A DNA stretch of 64,000 nucleotides from Cetorhinus maximus (taxonomy: Eukaryota): positions 1 through 64,000 of the forward strand of contig NW_027597550.1 of NCBI RefSeq assembly GCF_964194155.1. Direction: 5' to 3'. Within the stretch, counting starts at the first letter, position 1; each line of letters starts with the position of its first letter. This document shows, piece by piece, positions 61,606 to 64,000 of this stretch. A program made the position numbers and the translations under genes. A model generated the notes under the pieces. It saw only the letters and a list, made by a program, of their open reading frames with translations. It was not told the origin of the DNA and did not search any database.

Positions 61606-61835
61606 TACCAGGGATAACTCCCCTTCTTCCCTTTGGAATAGTGTCATTGGACCTTTTACATCCACCTGAAAGAGCAAACAGGTCTCGATTTAACATGTCA
61701 TCTGAACGACAGCACCTCCAACAGTGCAGCACTCCCTCAGTACTGTCCTGGGGAATCAACCTTGATTCTTGTGCTCAAGAGCTGGACTTGAATGTTCTGC
61801 CTTCGAGGTAAGAGCGCTACCAATGGAGTCATAAT
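61606..61835 (-). mobile_element. SINE family B 5' portion, interrupted by the Keno-like element
   Basis: Head and core match 46405 and 53230; ends at GGGGAGTTATCCCTGGTA. Confidence 0.75.
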
Positions 61836-61918
61836 TGACACCACCCAAATGGCAGCAGCTTCCCATTCCTTGAAATGGGGAGGCAAAATAACTGAAGAGT
61901 CAGTTCAACCTCTTGCCT

Positions 61919-62012
61919 CTGTTGAAGGGTCATGAGGACTCGAAACGTCAACTGTGCTCTTCTCCGCCGATGCTGCCAGACCTGCTGAGTTTTTCCAGGT
62001 GTTTCTGTTTTC
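61919..62012 (+). mobile_element. Short PLE terminal fragment starting at the hammerhead core
   Basis: CTGTTGAAGGGTCATGAGGACTCGAAACGTCAACT...CCTGCTGAGTTTTTCCAGG. Confidence 0.8.
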
Positions 62013-62235
62013 ATCTTGTACTTAAGTCTGTCTAACTTTAGATTGAGGTTTAATTTCCCAAACCCTTGCACCAGACTCCACAATATCATTTTATTTTATG
62101 AAGTATGTGTTAAGCTAGCCAGCACCTTCATGCTAACTGGGCTGGTGCAGTTGCTATATTTCAGTTGTTTTAAGTGGGCTTTGCCCTGCACCCCCGCCAC
62201 CCTAGCCTGATATTTTATTCGTTTGGTGGCTGACG

Positions 62236-62972
62236 GTGGGGTAGTGGTCATAACTGGCTTAGTAATCCAGAGGCCTAGGTTAATGCCCCAGGGGCATGGG
62301 TTCAAATCTCACCACAGAAGCTGATGAAATTTAAATTCAATTAATAAATCTAGGGTATAAAGCTAGCCTCAGTAATGGTGACCATGACAATTATCATTGA
62401 TTGATTGTTTTTTTAAAAAAAAAATCTGGGCCAGGATTTTATGGCCCAGGATTTTATGGCCCTACTGCAGTGGTGGCTCCCCCCCCCCCCCCCGCCCCCC
62501 ACCCCCATCGCTCCCCACCCCTGGTGGATGCAGCAAGCCATTTAAATCTCCATTCAGTTCAGCGGGACTGTAATACCTTGCTGGCGAGAGGGGCCATAAA
62601 ATCCTGGCCCTGGTTCACTAACGCCTTTTAGGGAAGGAAATCTGCTGTCCTTGCCTGGTCTGGCCTACATGTGACTCCAGACCCACAGCAATGTGGTTGA
62701 CCCTTAACTGCCCTCTGAAATGTTTCTTTTTATTCTTTTATGGAATGTGGGCACCGCTGGCCAGGCCAACATTTTGATTGCCCATCCCTCATTGTCCTTG
62801 AGAAGGTGGTGGTGAACTGCCCTCTTGAAGCGCGGCCGTCCATGTGGTGTAGGTCCATCCACAATGCTGTTAGGGAGTTGTTAGGACCTAGCAAGCCACT
62901 CCGTTCAAGGGCAATTAGTGATAGCCAACAAATGCCGGCCTTGCCAGTGACACCCACATCCCATGAATGAAT
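62236..62972 (+). mobile_element. SINE family A with nested MITE and nested antisense LINE-B tail (~62723-62882)
   Basis: The SINE sequence resumes collinearly after each insert. Confidence 0.75.
62429..62609. mobile_element. Small Harbinger-like MITE (181 bp)
   Basis: Perfect TIR GGCCAGGATTTTATGGCCC/GGGCCATAAAATCCTGGCC; TSD CTG; removing the element restores the host SINE sequence ATCTGGTTCACT. Confidence 0.85.
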
Positions 62973-64000
62973 AAAGAAAAACTATTTTTAAAAGAATCAC
63001 AGGAAAATGGTTTGAGTGCCTTCAGCAAAGTAAAATGCTCCTGGTATACTAATTTTGAATATTCTTTCTCAATATCACTTAAGATAACCCGGGGGCATGG
63101 GGGTTTGGTGGGGGGGTGGGGGTGGAGTTAAACCTCCTTTTATAGTAATAGAAAATGTAGTTGTTTGGTTCATTCAATTACTCAAACTTGCTTTGAATGT
63201 TGCAATGCTAATTATCGCTCATACCAAGCTGTGTAATTCCACTTTTAATGTATGTTCCACTGAAGCACATGATGTCCCAGTTCTGTGACAAACAGATGCT
63301 TATGCTATCTCTCTCTAATGTGAAATGCGTTACACTCAGTAAATTTAACATTGCAGAAGCAGCGAACTGAAATAACTTGGCAAAATGTCACACTTGAGCA
63401 CCAGGCCATTTGGTCCTTGTAAATGCCTCATCCAGCCCAAGATAACAAGTTGAGGGAGAAGGAAAATATAGTGACTTGAATTGATTACACCCTACAGCAC
63501 CACATGAAAATGATGCTGTGGTTTGACACTAGAATTTAAAAAAAAATTAAAATCCTTAAGGCTCAGGTTTATGTTTGCTGCTGCTATTTGGTGATGTGTA
63601 GATGGAATGTTAACTTGAAATCTGTAAAATGTTTTTCCAATATTAAATTGGAATCGCTTGCCAATTATAGATCCTGTATCTGTTTAATTTCAGGGCAGCC
63701 TTTCACCATGTTAAATTTAATTAAAAAGTATAGGTAGGAAGTGGTCATTTTGGTCCATGGAATTCAAAAGCAGAATATACAGTTCACTAAACAGTTGTAT
63801 GTCAGCTGTGGCTCAGTTGAGAGCACTCATTTGCCTCTGAGTCACAAGATTCTGGGTGTTTGGAGAAATGCCTTTGTGCACTGTTGCCTTTTGAGTACTC
63901 TGGCTTGCCATAGTTATGTGACCTCTGAGATCACCTTGGGTAAAACAGAGTCATATTGAACTCGGAACATTAACTTTGCTTCTCTCCACACAGGCTGCCA

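Noticed and set aside
61562-61759. N-terminal 66 aa of the 585-aa track ORF
   Set aside because: Starts at TTG inside a SINE and reads through the U2 fragment; a chance in-frame extension. The likely real ATG is at 61561.
1960-63959. Numerous 60-200 aa track ORFs
   Set aside because: Antisense or alternate frames of genes and TEs, or random ORFs without motifs or splice support.
40500-64000. GCSH or SUGCT exons expected from human synteny
   Set aside because: No matching peptide recognised in the ORF track or by eye; small exons could have been missed.
1-64000. CRISPR arrays or prokaryotic systems
   Set aside because: Spliced vertebrate genes and vertebrate TEs throughout; no repeat-spacer array.

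Overview
Vertebrate genomic DNA, most likely a shark or other cartilaginous fish (inferred from the repeat families). Host genes: ATMIN/ASCIZ exons 2-4 on the + strand (exon 1 lies upstream of the window), a two-coding-exon C16orf46 homolog on the - strand, and an intronless MPLKIP/TTDN1 on the + strand. C16orf46 and MPLKIP sit head-to-head across a compact CpG-rich promoter with RFX X-boxes, four ETS-CRE motifs and a perfect heat-shock element. The rest is repeat-rich: many CR1 and L2 fragments, a near full-length degenerate CR1 with an esterase-type ORF1, Penelope-like fragments carrying minimal hammerhead motifs, Harbinger-type MITEs, SINE families and an LTR remnant. The most striking element is a 5.25 kb Tx1/Keno-like LINE on the - strand. 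Its 5' end is a perfect 29-nt copy of U2 snRNA nt 6-34, yet it sits in a SINE rather than a U2 gene, and its intact ORF1 resembles ZCCHC3. Homology calls come from recalled sequences, not database searches, and most repeat boundaries are approximate.
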